The notes beneath the pieces are model-generated. The model was not told where the DNA came from. It did not search any database and worked only from the letters and a program-made list of their open reading frames with translations. A DNA stretch of 64,000 nucleotides from Sedimentisphaerales bacterium (GTDB lineage Bacteria; Planctomycetota; Phycisphaerae; Sedimentisphaerales; SM23-30). Positions 39,428 to 49,800 of the stretch are shown here, piece after piece (within the stretch, counting starts at the first letter, position 1; each line of letters begins with the position of its first letter). Made by a program: the position numbers and the translations under genes. The stretch spans positions 28,030-92,029 of the forward strand of contig CAXXMR010000014.1 of NCBI GenBank assembly GCA_963663805.2, written 5' to 3'.

Positions 39428-40792
39428 ATGAGATTGTCTGTTTTGTTGAAAATTACCGTGGTGGTGGCCATTGTCGGCTTAACTTCGGCCCTGAGTTGGG
39501 CTGCTGACGGGGGCGCTTCCGATAGCGGCGTTATTGACGCTATCAAGAACCCCATGCCGGGTCTGACTTTGAGTTTTGACCAGCGTTTGCGGGAAATCTG
39601 GGGTGATAAATTTATCATTCCGGACCGTAGTTCCGCTAACCATGAATATCACTTCCAGAGAATTCGCAGTCGTCTGGGTGCCAAGTGGAGCATGTTTGAG
39701 GACGTCGATGTCAATGCCCGCTTGATTTGGGAGTGGCGTAACTGGTGTAAGCCGGACAGTCGTGATTCTAATGTAGAGTTCGACGAAGCGTTGTTCGACA
39801 CCTTGAATGTCCAGGTTCGCAATGCCTTTGACCTGCCCCTGACCATTACCGCTGGTCGCCAGGACCTGATTTTTGGTAACGGCTGGCTGATTCTCGACGG
39901 CACGCCGCTGGACGGCTCACGTACAATTTTCTTCGATGCGGTTCGTTTCAACTACCAGTTGGATGAAGCAACTTCAGTTGATTTGATTTATGTGGACCAG
40001 AAGGCAGAAGCCGACGGGACATTCGAACCTATTAACGACCAGGAACGTGGCACCGGCCTTATCGACCAGGATGAACGTGGTGCCATTCTTTATGTCAAAA
40101 ATAATTCCTGGCTGCCGAATACCAAAACAGATGTTTACGCTATCTGGAAACACGAGCTTCCCTGCGATGCCGGTGTCGGCACTGACGCTCAAATCTATAC
40201 CTTTGGTGCTCGCGTTGATTCGTCTTTGAGCGAACAGCTCAAGGGCCGTGCCGAATTTGCTCAGCAGTTGGGTGAATATGGCGATAGTTCCGGTATTTGT
40301 GCGTTCGGTTTCAACAGTCGCCTGACATACCTGCTCAAAGATTCATGGGACAGTCAACTGCGTTTCAACTATGAATTCCTCAGTGGTGACGATCCGGATA
40401 CTGCCAAGAACGAGCAGTTCAACAGTCTTTGGGGACGCTGGCCTCAGTTCAGCGAGTTGTATGTTTATACTTATCTGCCGGAAAGTCGTATCGGTGACGT
40501 AACCAATCTGCACCGCGTAGGCGGCGGATGGACGGGTCATCCGACCGAGAAGATAGAGCTTTGTGCCGACTATCATCTGCTTTACGCCGATGAAAATACT
40601 GTCGAAAATCGGGCTGCCTACAGCAGTGGTCATTTTCGCGGTCAGTTAATCACCGCCATGATGAAATACAAAATCAACAAGCACCTCAGCGGTCATTTTC
40701 TGGCCGAGAGTTTTCTGCCGGGCGGCTATTACGAGGAAGATACTCAGGATCCGGCGTACTTCCTGCGTTATGAGTTGATGATAACCTTCTAA
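39428..40792 (+). CDS. outer-membrane beta-barrel porin (alginate-export/AlgE-like, tentative)
   Basis: Signal peptide (VAIVGLTSALSWA), alternating beta-strand pattern and a C-terminal aromatic residue (LMITF). Confidence 0.5.
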   Translation: MRLSVLLKITVVVAIVGLTSALSWAADGGASDSGVIDAIKNPMPGLTLSFDQRLREIWGDKFIIPDRSSANHEYHFQRIRSRLGAKWSMFEDVDVNARLIWEWRNWCKPDSRDSNVEFDEALFDTLNVQVRNAFDLPLTITAGRQDLIFGNGWLILDGTPLDGSRTIFFDAVRFNYQLDEATSVDLIYVDQKAEADGTFEPINDQERGTGLIDQDERGAILYVKNNSWLPNTKTDVYAIWKHELPCDAGVGTDAQIYTFGARVDSSLSEQLKGRAEFAQQLGEYGDSSGICAFGFNSRLTYLLKDSWDSQLRFNYEFLSGDDPDTAKNEQFNSLWGRWPQFSELYVYTYLPESRIGDVTNLHRVGGGWTGHPTEKIELCADYHLLYADENTVENRAAYSSGHFRGQLITAMMKYKINKHLSGHFLAESFLPGGYYEEDTQDPAYFLRYELMITF

Positions 40793-40819
40793 GACCGGCA
40801 TAGGTCTTTTGTATGACTG

Positions 40820-40878
40820 CCGGCCCGACAGCTCAGTTGTTCCATTCAGGCAACTGTACTGTCGGGTCGGCTTTTGTA
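40820..40878 (+). terminator. intrinsic terminator after the porin gene
   Basis: CCGGCCCGACAG (40820-40831) pairs with CTGTCGGGTCGG (40859-40870) at 11 of 12 positions. There is a nested CAGTTG/CAACTG pair, and CTTTTGT follows. Confidence 0.7.
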
Positions 40879-40999
40879 TGCGCCAATATTGGTAAAACTT
40901 GATTTTCGGGCGATTTTACGTTAAATTACTGAACCTGTCTTTTGCTAAGGCGGGAATGTTGCTGGCGATTGGTAATTTTATGTAAAATCAGGAATAATA

Positions 41000-42595
41000 A
41001 TGACTAACGATGCTCGCTTACTTCTTAGCGGTAACGAGGCAATTGCCTTGGCCGCTCGTGACTCCGCGGTAATGCTCGGTACTGGCTATCCCGGTACCCC
41101 TTCCACGGAAATTTTGGAAAACTTCTCCAAACTTGGCGGCAAGGCTCAATGGACTCCCAATGAGAAAGTTGCTTTGGAAGTGGGGCTTGGCTCGGCATTT
41201 GCGGGGGGGCGAACTTTGGTGACGATGAAACATGTAGGGGTGAATGTTGCCGCCGACCCGCTTTTTACGGCGGCTTATACCGGTGTTAAAGGAGGGCTTG
41301 TTTTAGTGTGTGCCGATGACCCTGGTATGGCCTCCAGTCAGAACGAGCAGGACAGCCGTAATTACGCTCGCGCCGCTGGGGTGATAATGATCGAGCCTTC
41401 TGATTCTCAGGAAGCCTATGATATGATGAGGGCCAGTCTGGAGATTTCCGAGAAATTTCAGGTGGTTGTTATGCTGCGGGTGACGACCCGAATCTGTCAT
41501 TCTAAAACTATTGTCAAGCCTGCGGCGAAACAGCACCCGATGCCGACAAGTTTTGAACGGGATATCCAAAATCGCGTGATGGTTCCGGCTTTCGCTCGTC
41601 CAGCCCATCGTAAATTACGTAAGATTCTTGCCGAAGCTCAGGCGTACAACGAAACATCGAATCTTAACAAGGTTATCAAAGGTGATAAATCGTTAGGTAT
41701 CATCGCGTCGGGTATTTCTTATGTCCATGCCCGCGAAGCCGCGACTAATGCCAGCTTCCTCAAACTGGGCATGACCTATCCGCTGCCCATGAAGCAGATA
41801 GCCGATTTCGTTAGTAGTGTTGACCGTTGTCTGGTAATCGAAGAAGGCGACCCGATACTGGTTAATGATTTGCGGGCGGCCGGCCTTGATGTCGAAGGTA
41901 AAGACCAGATGTATCGTTTTGGCGAACTCACTGTCGGTCGGGTACTGCGAATCATCCAGAACGATACTTCGCTGGAAGAAGCTGCTCCCAAGGGCAAGCC
42001 GCCGCAATTATGTGTTGGCTGTCCCCATCGTAAAGTTTTTGAAACTTTGCGTGACCAGAAATGTATTGTTGCCGGCGACATCGGTTGTTATACCCTTGGC
42101 GTACTGCCGCCCTTTAACGCGATGGATACTTGTGTTTGCATGGGTGCCAGTATTGGTGTAGGGTTAGGTTTGCGGCATGTTCTTCCTGAAGACCAGGCCC
42201 GGCGGGTTGTTAGTGTAATTGGCGACAGCACCTTTGTACACAGCGGCATTACCGGTCTGGTCGAGATGGTTTACAACACTCCGGCAACCGGTCATGTTGT
42301 GCTTATTCTTGACAACAGCACCACGGCGATGACGGGTTTACAGGAGCATCCCGGCACCGGTCGTACTCTGGACCATCAGCCCACGAATCAGATTGTGTTT
42401 GAGGATTTGGCCCGTTCGCTGGGCATTAAGAATGTTCAGGTAATCGACGCGGTCAAGGAAACAGAACAATTTAGTAAAATTCTCACTGATAGCCTCGCTG
42501 GGAATGAGCCTACAGTTATCATTACGCGTCGGCCCTGCATTTTAGCCGCTGGAAAGATTAAACAGTATCAACAGGCCTGCCAAGGAGAAGTATAA
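41000..42595 (+). CDS. iorA: indolepyruvate:ferredoxin oxidoreductase, alpha subunit
   Basis: 531 aa with an IorA-type N-terminus (LLSGNEAIALAA, GYPGTPSTEI, MKHVGVNVAADP) and a TPP-binding region (GDSTFVHSG). It is followed by iorB. Confidence 0.85.
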   Translation: MTNDARLLLSGNEAIALAARDSAVMLGTGYPGTPSTEILENFSKLGGKAQWTPNEKVALEVGLGSAFAGGRTLVTMKHVGVNVAADPLFTAAYTGVKGGLVLVCADDPGMASSQNEQDSRNYARAAGVIMIEPSDSQEAYDMMRASLEISEKFQVVVMLRVTTRICHSKTIVKPAAKQHPMPTSFERDIQNRVMVPAFARPAHRKLRKILAEAQAYNETSNLNKVIKGDKSLGIIASGISYVHAREAATNASFLKLGMTYPLPMKQIADFVSSVDRCLVIEEGDPILVNDLRAAGLDVEGKDQMYRFGELTVGRVLRIIQNDTSLEEAAPKGKPPQLCVGCPHRKVFETLRDQKCIVAGDIGCYTLGVLPPFNAMDTCVCMGASIGVGLGLRHVLPEDQARRVVSVIGDSTFVHSGITGLVEMVYNTPATGHVVLILDNSTTAMTGLQEHPGTGRTLDHQPTNQIVFEDLARSLGIKNVQVIDAVKETEQFSKILTDSLAGNEPTVIITRRPCILAAGKIKQYQQACQGEV

Positions 42596-42596
42596 C

Positions 42597-43076
42597 ATGT
42601 CAAAAGTTACTAATGTAATCATCGCCGGCCTGGGTGGTCAAGGCGTATTGAAGGCCTCGGATATTTTGGCAGAGGTTGTTTTTCGGGCGGGGCGGGATGT
42701 GAAAAAAAGTGAAGTACACGGCATGAGTCAGCGCGGCGGTTCGGTGAACAGCGGTGTGCGGTTCGGCGAGAACGTTCTCAGCCCCATGGTCCCGGAAGGT
42801 CAGGCTGACTATCTCGTGGTTCTGGCTGAAGATCAAGTTGAAAACAATCGCCATACTCTTTCGAGTGAGGGTGTATTGCTGGAGCCGGGAATTATTGACG
42901 CTGACAAGCTCCAGAGCAAAAAAAGCCTTAATGTCGCTATGTTGGGTGCCCTGAGTATTTACCTTGACGTAGATAAGTCTGTCTGGCTGGAAACCATTCA
43001 CGACAATCTCACCGAGAAGCTTCACGCGATGAATGACGAAGCGTTTGAGATGGGGCGTCAGGCAGCGAAAAAATAG
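42597..43076 (+). CDS. iorB: indolepyruvate:ferredoxin oxidoreductase, beta subunit
   Basis: 159 aa (IIAGLGGQGVL, EVHGMSQRGGSV). The start is adjacent to the iorA stop. Confidence 0.8.
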   Translation: MSKVTNVIIAGLGGQGVLKASDILAEVVFRAGRDVKKSEVHGMSQRGGSVNSGVRFGENVLSPMVPEGQADYLVVLAEDQVENNRHTLSSEGVLLEPGIIDADKLQSKKSLNVAMLGALSIYLDVDKSVWLETIHDNLTEKLHAMNDEAFEMGRQAAKK

Positions 43077-43113
43077 TGACATTTTATCAACAAGAAAAAA
43101 GGGAGTCGCGGTT

Positions 43114-44445
43114 ATGACAAAAAAATCATGTTGTTGCGGTAACAGCTTCCATCCTGTAAGCGCGATGGATTTTCTTCCGATACCCCAGTTGCGGCAGGTT
43201 CAGTTGGCCCGTTTGCAGCGGATTGTCGGGCGGGCTTATGAACATGTTCGCCTGTTCCGGGAGCGAATGGATGAGCGTAAACTCAAACCTTCAGACATTA
43301 AAGCCCTGGCGGATATTGCCAAGATGCCCTTTACGGTCAAGACGGATTTGAGGGACACTTATCCGTTCGGTCTCTTTGCCAGTCCCATGCAGGAAATCGT
43401 TCGTCTGCACGCTTCCAGCGGTACCACCGGCAAGCCCATCGTCGTGGCCTATACTCGCGCGGATGTGGATGTCTGGTCTTCCGTGATGATGCGTACCTTC
43501 GTTGCCTGCGGACTGCATAAAGGCGATATTATTCAGAACTCCTATGGTTACGGTTTGTTCACCGGTGGGCTGGGCGCCCATTATGGTGCCGAAACCCTGG
43601 GGGCGACGGTTATTCCCACCTCCGGCGGCAACACCGAAAGACAAATCATGGTACTCAAGGATTTTGGTGTGACCGCTATTTGCTGCACACCCAGTTATTT
43701 TATCCACCTTATCGAACGGGCTGGTGAAATGGGCATCAATATGAAAGACCTGCCCCTGCGCGCGGGGATTTTCGGCGCCGAACCCTGGACCGAAACCATG
43801 CGTAAATGGGTTGAGCAGCAGACTAACATTAGGGGTTACGATATTTACGGCCTGTCCGAAATCATCGGCCCCGGCGTTGCCAGTGAATGTTCCGCTCAGT
43901 CCGGCCTGCATGTTTTCGAGGACCATTTCTATCCCGAAATTATCGACCCCGAAACCGGCGAACCTCTGCCCGACGGCAGCGAAGGTGAACTTGTCCTGAC
44001 CACGCTCAGCAAAGACGCTATGCCCATGATTCGCTATCGCACCCGTGACATCACCCAGCTGGTCACTGAGACTTGCTCTTGCGGCAGGACTATTCGCAAA
44101 ATCAAACGCATTGGCCGACGCAGCGACGACATGTTCATCATCCGCGGCGTGAATGTATTCCCGTCGCAAATCGAAGAAGCCCTGCTCGTGGTCGAAGGCA
44201 CGCTGCCGCATTACCAGATTATCCTGACCCGCACCAGCGGTCTGGACCAGATGGAGATACAGGTCGAAGTTACCGCTGAATTTTTCAGCGATAAGGTGCG
44301 GGCCCTTGAGGAACTTCAGGCCAAGCTCAGCAAATCTATCGAACACACCCTGGGCATCAGAGCCCTGGTGCGACTGGTCGAGCCCCACACCATCAAACGC
44401 AGTGAAGGCAAGGCCAAGAGAGTGATTGATAACCGTCAAATGTAA
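43114..44445 (+). CDS. paaK: phenylacetate-CoA ligase family protein
   Basis: AMP-binding motifs (HASSGTTGKPIVV, YGLSEIIGPGV) and a PaaK-type C-terminus (GKAKRVID). GGGAG precedes the ATG at 43114. The ORF track start at 43033 overlaps iorB. Confidence 0.85.
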   Translation: MTKKSCCCGNSFHPVSAMDFLPIPQLRQVQLARLQRIVGRAYEHVRLFRERMDERKLKPSDIKALADIAKMPFTVKTDLRDTYPFGLFASPMQEIVRLHASSGTTGKPIVVAYTRADVDVWSSVMMRTFVACGLHKGDIIQNSYGYGLFTGGLGAHYGAETLGATVIPTSGGNTERQIMVLKDFGVTAICCTPSYFIHLIERAGEMGINMKDLPLRAGIFGAEPWTETMRKWVEQQTNIRGYDIYGLSEIIGPGVASECSAQSGLHVFEDHFYPEIIDPETGEPLPDGSEGELVLTTLSKDAMPMIRYRTRDITQLVTETCSCGRTIRKIKRIGRRSDDMFIIRGVNVFPSQIEEALLVVEGTLPHYQIILTRTSGLDQMEIQVEVTAEFFSDKVRALEELQAKLSKSIEHTLGIRALVRLVEPHTIKRSEGKAKRVIDNRQM

Positions 44446-44485
44446 ACCGCCTCACGCGGCATAATAAGCAGAAAGGAATTTTGCG

Positions 44486-44929
44486 ATGAAACTTAACCAA
44501 CTGTCAGTTTTCCTGGAAAACAAACGCGGCGGCCTGAGTGAACCTTGTCGAATACTTGCCGAGGCGGGAATCAATATTCTTACCCTTTCGTTGGCTGATA
44601 CCGAACAATTTGGTATTTTGCGACTGGTCGTCCGTGACTGGGAAAACGCCAAAGCCTCGCTCGAAAAAGCTGGTTGTGTTGTTAATCTCACCGAGGTTAT
44701 CGCTATTGAAGTTGACGACCAGCCCGGCGGTTTGGCCAGACTGCTCGAAAAAATCGAGAAGGTTGGTATTAACGTTGAATATATGTATGCTTTTACTTTC
44801 CGGCGCGACGAAAAAGCGGTTATGGTCTTCCGCTTTGAAGACCCCGACGGAGCAGCCCGCGTTCTCCAGGCTGAAGATGTGAACCTGGTCGATGCCGTGG
44901 AATTCTTCCAGCGTATCGAAAATAAGTAA
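44486..44929 (+). CDS. ACT-domain protein
   Basis: 147 aa with two ACT-like halves (LSVFLENKRGGLSE, IEVDDQPGGLARLLE). This position between paaK paralogs is typical. Confidence 0.75.
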   Translation: MKLNQLSVFLENKRGGLSEPCRILAEAGINILTLSLADTEQFGILRLVVRDWENAKASLEKAGCVVNLTEVIAIEVDDQPGGLARLLEKIEKVGINVEYMYAFTFRRDEKAVMVFRFEDPDGAARVLQAEDVNLVDAVEFFQRIENK

Positions 44930-45005
44930 CTGATAACAGTATTAAAAATTCCTGACCGCTTAACAGGATTAAGCGTATCGGGAGCAGTGTCTTTATGGTG
45001 AGATA

Positions 45006-46334
45006 ATGAGTGAATTCGCTTTTGAAAATCGTATTTGGGACAAAGCCGAAACCTTGCCGCGAGCGGAACTGGAAAAACTTCAAGCCGAGCGGCTGCGTCA
45101 ATGTGTCGGGCATGTCGGGCATGTTCCTTTCTACCAGGAAGCTTTTGGCAAGACGGGAATCACTCCTGATACCATAAAGACCGTTGATGATGTGCGTCGC
45201 CTGCCCTTCACTACCAAAGAAGATTTGCGTCTTCATTATCCGCTGGGTTTTCTGGCGGTCGAACGTAAAGATGTTGTTCGTATTCACGGTTCTTCGGGCA
45301 CTACCGGCAAGCCCACTTTTGTCGCGTATACCGACCAGGACCGTGACCTTTGGGCTAATCTCTGTGCCCGTTTTCTCACTGCCGGCGGGCTTCGTCCCGA
45401 ACATCTGGTTCATATCGCGTTTGGCTATGGATTGTTCACCGGCGGTTTCGGTTTGCATTACGGTGTCGAAAAAGTCGGGGCCGCTATTTTGCCAGCAGCT
45501 TCCGGCAACACCGCCCGCCAGATAATGCTCTTGCAGGATTTAGCCGCGGACGTACTGGTTTGCACCCCAAGCTACGCTCTGCAAATTGCCGAGGTTGCTC
45601 ATGCTCAGGGTGTGGACCCGCGCAGCCTGCATCTGAAGTTTGCCCATTTCGGTGGCGAGCCCTGGACCGAAGACATGCGCATTCAAATCGAAAATGAACT
45701 CAACGTCATGGCCTTTAATAATTATGGCCTTAGTGAAGTAATCGGTCCCGGTGTCAGCGGTGAGTGTGTTGTTCGCGATGGTATGCACATTCAGGAAGAC
45801 CATTTCATTGTTGAGTGTATCAACCCCGAAACTCTTGAGCCGGTCGCCCCCGGTGAACAAGGCGAACTGGTTTTCACTGCCGTTACCAAGCAGGCCATGC
45901 CGATTATTCGTTATCGCACCCGCGACATCGCTACTCTCAATTATGAAACCTGTAAATGCGGCAGAACCACCGTGCGTATGAGTCGGGTTGTGGGTCGCAC
46001 CGACGATATGCTGATTATTCGCGGGGTAAATGTTTTTCCGTCACAGGTCGAGGAGGCTCTGTTGCGTGTGGAAGGCACCGCCCCGCATTATCTTATCGAA
46101 GTTGACCGGCCCGGCACGCTGGACGAAGTTACTGTTCATGTCGAAATGCGTCCCCAGGATTTCTCCGACCGCATGAGCCAGGTCCAGGCCCTGAGAGAAA
46201 AAATCGACCGGGCTATACATTCCGTCACCGGCATTCGCATGAGAGTCAATCTGGTCGAACCGCAAAGTCTGGAACGCTCGGCAGGCAAGGCCAAAAGGGT
46301 AATTGACCATCGCCGCGAAAAAGGGCAGATTTAA
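45006..46334 (+). CDS. paaK: phenylacetate-CoA ligase family protein (second paralog)
   Basis: 442 aa (HGSSGTTGKPTFV, YGLSEVIGPGV, GKAKRVIDHR). Confidence 0.85.
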   Translation: MSEFAFENRIWDKAETLPRAELEKLQAERLRQCVGHVGHVPFYQEAFGKTGITPDTIKTVDDVRRLPFTTKEDLRLHYPLGFLAVERKDVVRIHGSSGTTGKPTFVAYTDQDRDLWANLCARFLTAGGLRPEHLVHIAFGYGLFTGGFGLHYGVEKVGAAILPAASGNTARQIMLLQDLAADVLVCTPSYALQIAEVAHAQGVDPRSLHLKFAHFGGEPWTEDMRIQIENELNVMAFNNYGLSEVIGPGVSGECVVRDGMHIQEDHFIVECINPETLEPVAPGEQGELVFTAVTKQAMPIIRYRTRDIATLNYETCKCGRTTVRMSRVVGRTDDMLIIRGVNVFPSQVEEALLRVEGTAPHYLIEVDRPGTLDEVTVHVEMRPQDFSDRMSQVQALREKIDRAIHSVTGIRMRVNLVEPQSLERSAGKAKRVIDHRREKGQI

Positions 46335-46336
46335 TC

Positions 46337-46747
46337 TTATTTTACATCTTCCAACGCGATATTTTTGCGATAGGCCAGCCCCTGAAACGTGGCGACCAAA
46401 TCACCATCTTCGTCGATAACCTCCGCGCTGTAATTTCCCAGTTTCGGATTACGCGACACTTCCCGCACCACCGCCTTTAGTCTGCCCGGCCGGGCGGCTT
46501 TGACAAACGAGATACTTACATTTATCGCTACAGCTACCGTGCCATGCGAATTACACGCCACCGCAAAACCAAAATCCGCCAGTGTAAATATCGCTCCGCC
46601 GTGCCCGCTGCCCACACCGTTGAGATGTTCCTCTTTCAGGTCCATACTCACCGTTGCCTGCCCCGGCGACACCTGGTCAATCGTAATGCCTAATAATTCA
46701 GCAAACCGGTCCCGTTTGAAAAACTCGCGTATCTTATCCATATTCAT
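46337..46747 (-). CDS. PaaI-type hotdog-fold thioesterase
   Basis: 136 aa (HLNGVGSGHGGAIFTLADFGF). Confidence 0.75.
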   Translation of the reverse strand: MNMDKIREFFKRDRFAELLGITIDQVSPGQATVSMDLKEEHLNGVGSGHGGAIFTLADFGFAVACNSHGTVAVAINVSISFVKAARPGRLKAVVREVSRNPKLGNYSAEVIDEDGDLVATFQGLAYRKNIALEDVK

Positions 46748-46805
46748 CTCCCAAATATTACCATACTATCATAGCATGAATGCCGGGGGCCGCCAACATT
46801 CATAT

Positions 46806-46860
46806 AAAAAAAACTCCGGAAGACCTCGCCGCCTCTCGGCCCGACGCTGCCTCCCGGAGT
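46806..46860 (-). terminator. intrinsic terminator after the 1278-aa surface-protein gene
   Basis: On the minus strand, ACTCCGG...CCGGAGT stem arms (46854-46860 / 46813-46819) are followed by T8 (the complement of the A-run at 46806-46813). Confidence 0.6.
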
Positions 46861-46888
46861 TTGTCATAATCAAACAGCTAACGATAAA

Positions 46889-49800
46889 TTACTGCTTGAT
46901 GAATTTACACAACACGTCCTTGTTAGCGGTCATCATTACATTTATTGATGTCGCATTGCCAACATTGACGCCATCCACCAGCCAGTAGTCAACTTTGTAA
47001 CCAGGCCCCGGAGTCGCGTTTATCGTAACCAGAGTACCGTCCTGGTAGCTATGGTAACCAACTATATCGAGACTGCCATGGTCGGTAGTATGGACATGGC
47101 TGTAAAGCGTCCACATAATCGGTGCGAATGTCGCGGTGACCGTGCGGGCGCTGGTCATGGTCGTCGTATTATTCAGCGTCATCAGCCCATCGTCATCCGT
47201 GCCGCTCCAGCCAGCGAAATACCAGTGAGCATCGGGCGTTGCCAGCAAAGCAATCACATCATTCTCGTCCTGGTCGCCGCTGGGCGGAGTCAAAGTCCCG
47301 CTGCCAACCACCTGGGTAGTTAGCAGATACTGCGTCGGGATAATCTCAAAGTCAACCCATACTTCCTTGTCGCTATTCATGGTCACGGCGTTGGTATTTT
47401 GCCTGGCGTTCGGAATAACTGCCGCGTCGCCACCCCACTGCATCACCCGCCATTCCGCATTCGGATAAGCCGTCAAATCAACACTCGTACCTTCTGGATA
47501 CCGAGTAACTCCACACGGGTCAACATAGCCTTCGCCGCTGTTGACATAGAACTCCAGCTCATGGCACTGCACGAAATCAACTGTGATGTCCAGATCTTGG
47601 GTCATTAATATATCAACAACGCTCACGTTGTCACCGCAATCGCCCCATGCTGGCGTCAAACCTAAACCATCCAAACCTGTCCAGTCGCCCGAGGCCCAGT
47701 CATCAGCAGGGTCTGCCGTTATGGTGAGCAGGTAGTTCGGTACATAATATAAGGTGCCGCCTGATGTGTCAGGGGTGACATCGCCATCTCCAGTAGAGGA
47801 GATATTCAGACTATAGCATTCTTCCAGCGTAAGAGCACAGGAAACATCAGAGTTCATTATGACCGATAATTCCAATGTCTCGCCACAACTATCCGGGTAT
47901 GTAACCTGGGTTATGTCGCCTCCGCTGCAAGAACCATAGTTTAGCGGGAAGTACCAGTTGTCTTGTGGTATAGCGTAAACCATCACCGTGGTGCCTGGTT
48001 CAAAATAGGTAACATCGCCGACGGTTGTACCTGTCGGATCATATTGGATGGTACCATTACCCGAACCATAGATAACGTCCAGCGTGAAGCATTGTTCAAA
48101 AGTAACCTCAACGGATTTGGGACCATCCATCGTAACCGAAGCCTGAACCGCTGCCCCGCAACTGCCCGGGTCCGGTGCCGGAGCGTCAACACCAGTCCAG
48201 CTCGCAACCCGCCAGCCGACCGCCGGGGTCGCTGTCAGCGTAACAACCGCATCAACGTCCTGAGTCGTGCTGCCCGCCGGGTCAATCGTCCCGCCCGCCG
48301 GGTTGCCGCCTACCGTGCAGGTAAGCTCATAACCCGGTATCTCCTCGAACTCTACCCACACCGTCTTAGCGGTATCGGTAGATTCAAAAGTTACCGTGTT
48401 GTTCCAGATGCCAGCTACCTCAGTGCCCATCAAGCTGTCAGCGGCACCACCCCACTGTTTAACTTGCCAGCCGGCGTCGGGGTTAGCGCTGACATCAATA
48501 ATCTTCTGGCCCCCTTCATTTTCATAATAACTCAGGCCCGCCGGGTCGATTGAGCCATTGCCCGCCTGAACATAAGCGTTCAGAGTAAACGCCGGCACAA
48601 ATTCCACACTCGCGTACTTGTTGTCGTCCATCGTTACTGTTGTCGCTGAACCGGAATCGCCAAAAATCGGAGCCGGATTGCTGTCAACATCATCGCCCCA
48701 GGTCTTGTACATCCAGTCTTCAGCCGCTATTGCCGTTAAACTAACCACTGCATCTGGGTCGTGATAGGTTATCCCCGCCGGGCTGATCAAACCCTGGCCC
48801 GCGGTAACTTCCGTTATCAGCGACCAGCTGTCGCCCGGGTCAGTCACATCGGCACCCCAGGCCATACGAAGCTCGGCAAAGTCATTCAGGCCTACCCAAT
48901 GGTCACCGTGCGAATCCCCCGCCACGTCGTTAAACTCGCCATACTGATTAGGCGAAATGTCCGCCCGCGAGAAACAGCGGTCTTCGCCAACCCAATCCGC
49001 AGCCAATGCCACCAAATCGTCAATGTCAACCAAACCGTCAATATTCACATCACCAGCCAGACTGACCGTCAAGGCATAATCGCCTTCATTACCTTCGTAC
49101 CCCGAAACCCGGACATGATAAGTCTGTCCTGGATATAGAATGCCGCCTATACGGGAAATATTCTCAACCGCTGGAACACAACTTGCCCAGCCGTCAAAAT
49201 TCTTATAATAATCATCGTTACAGTAAATCGCTGCTCCGCCACACCCCTCATGCACCGAAACAATCGTATCAAAATCACTGCCCAGGCAATCAAAGAAATA
49301 CAACCCTGCCACTTGCGGAGTAAATTCATACCAGACATCACCCCAATGTATCTCATCCGGAAAAAAATCAAGATCGAAGCAATCGCTCTCAACCTGAGTT
49401 TCCACCGCTCCTATAGTAGAGCCTGTCGCCGCAACACCATAGACCAACGCTATCGCGTCCTCACACCGGTCATTGGCCAGAGGTGTATCAACGACCAAGT
49501 CAAATGTCCCCACAGTACTGTCATTGCCGCCCACCCGAATCAGATAGGGCACGCCGTTCTCTAATTCTAATATCCCGCTTTCCGGTACTGCCGGACCATT
49601 GAAATCAAAACAGGCCAGCAAATCCCCGTCAGCACAATCGCTGTAAACCGCCAGTCCCGCGTCAAAACCACCGCTCAAATTATAAAGATGAAACGCGTAA
49701 TTACCGGTTGCCCCCGGCGTAAAAGAATACCACAAATCACTAATCGCCCCTGCCAGGCAACTCGTAAAAGCCCCTTCGTCACTAGCTGCACTGGTATCGC

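Noticed and set aside
43291-44439. 382-aa antisense ORF opposite paaK, and similar long shadows at 19927..20715, 29403..30293, 30723..31955, 53976..54764, 62180..62839 and 17082..17624
   Set aside because: All lie antisense to genes with clear family motifs and have biased, motif-free sequences.
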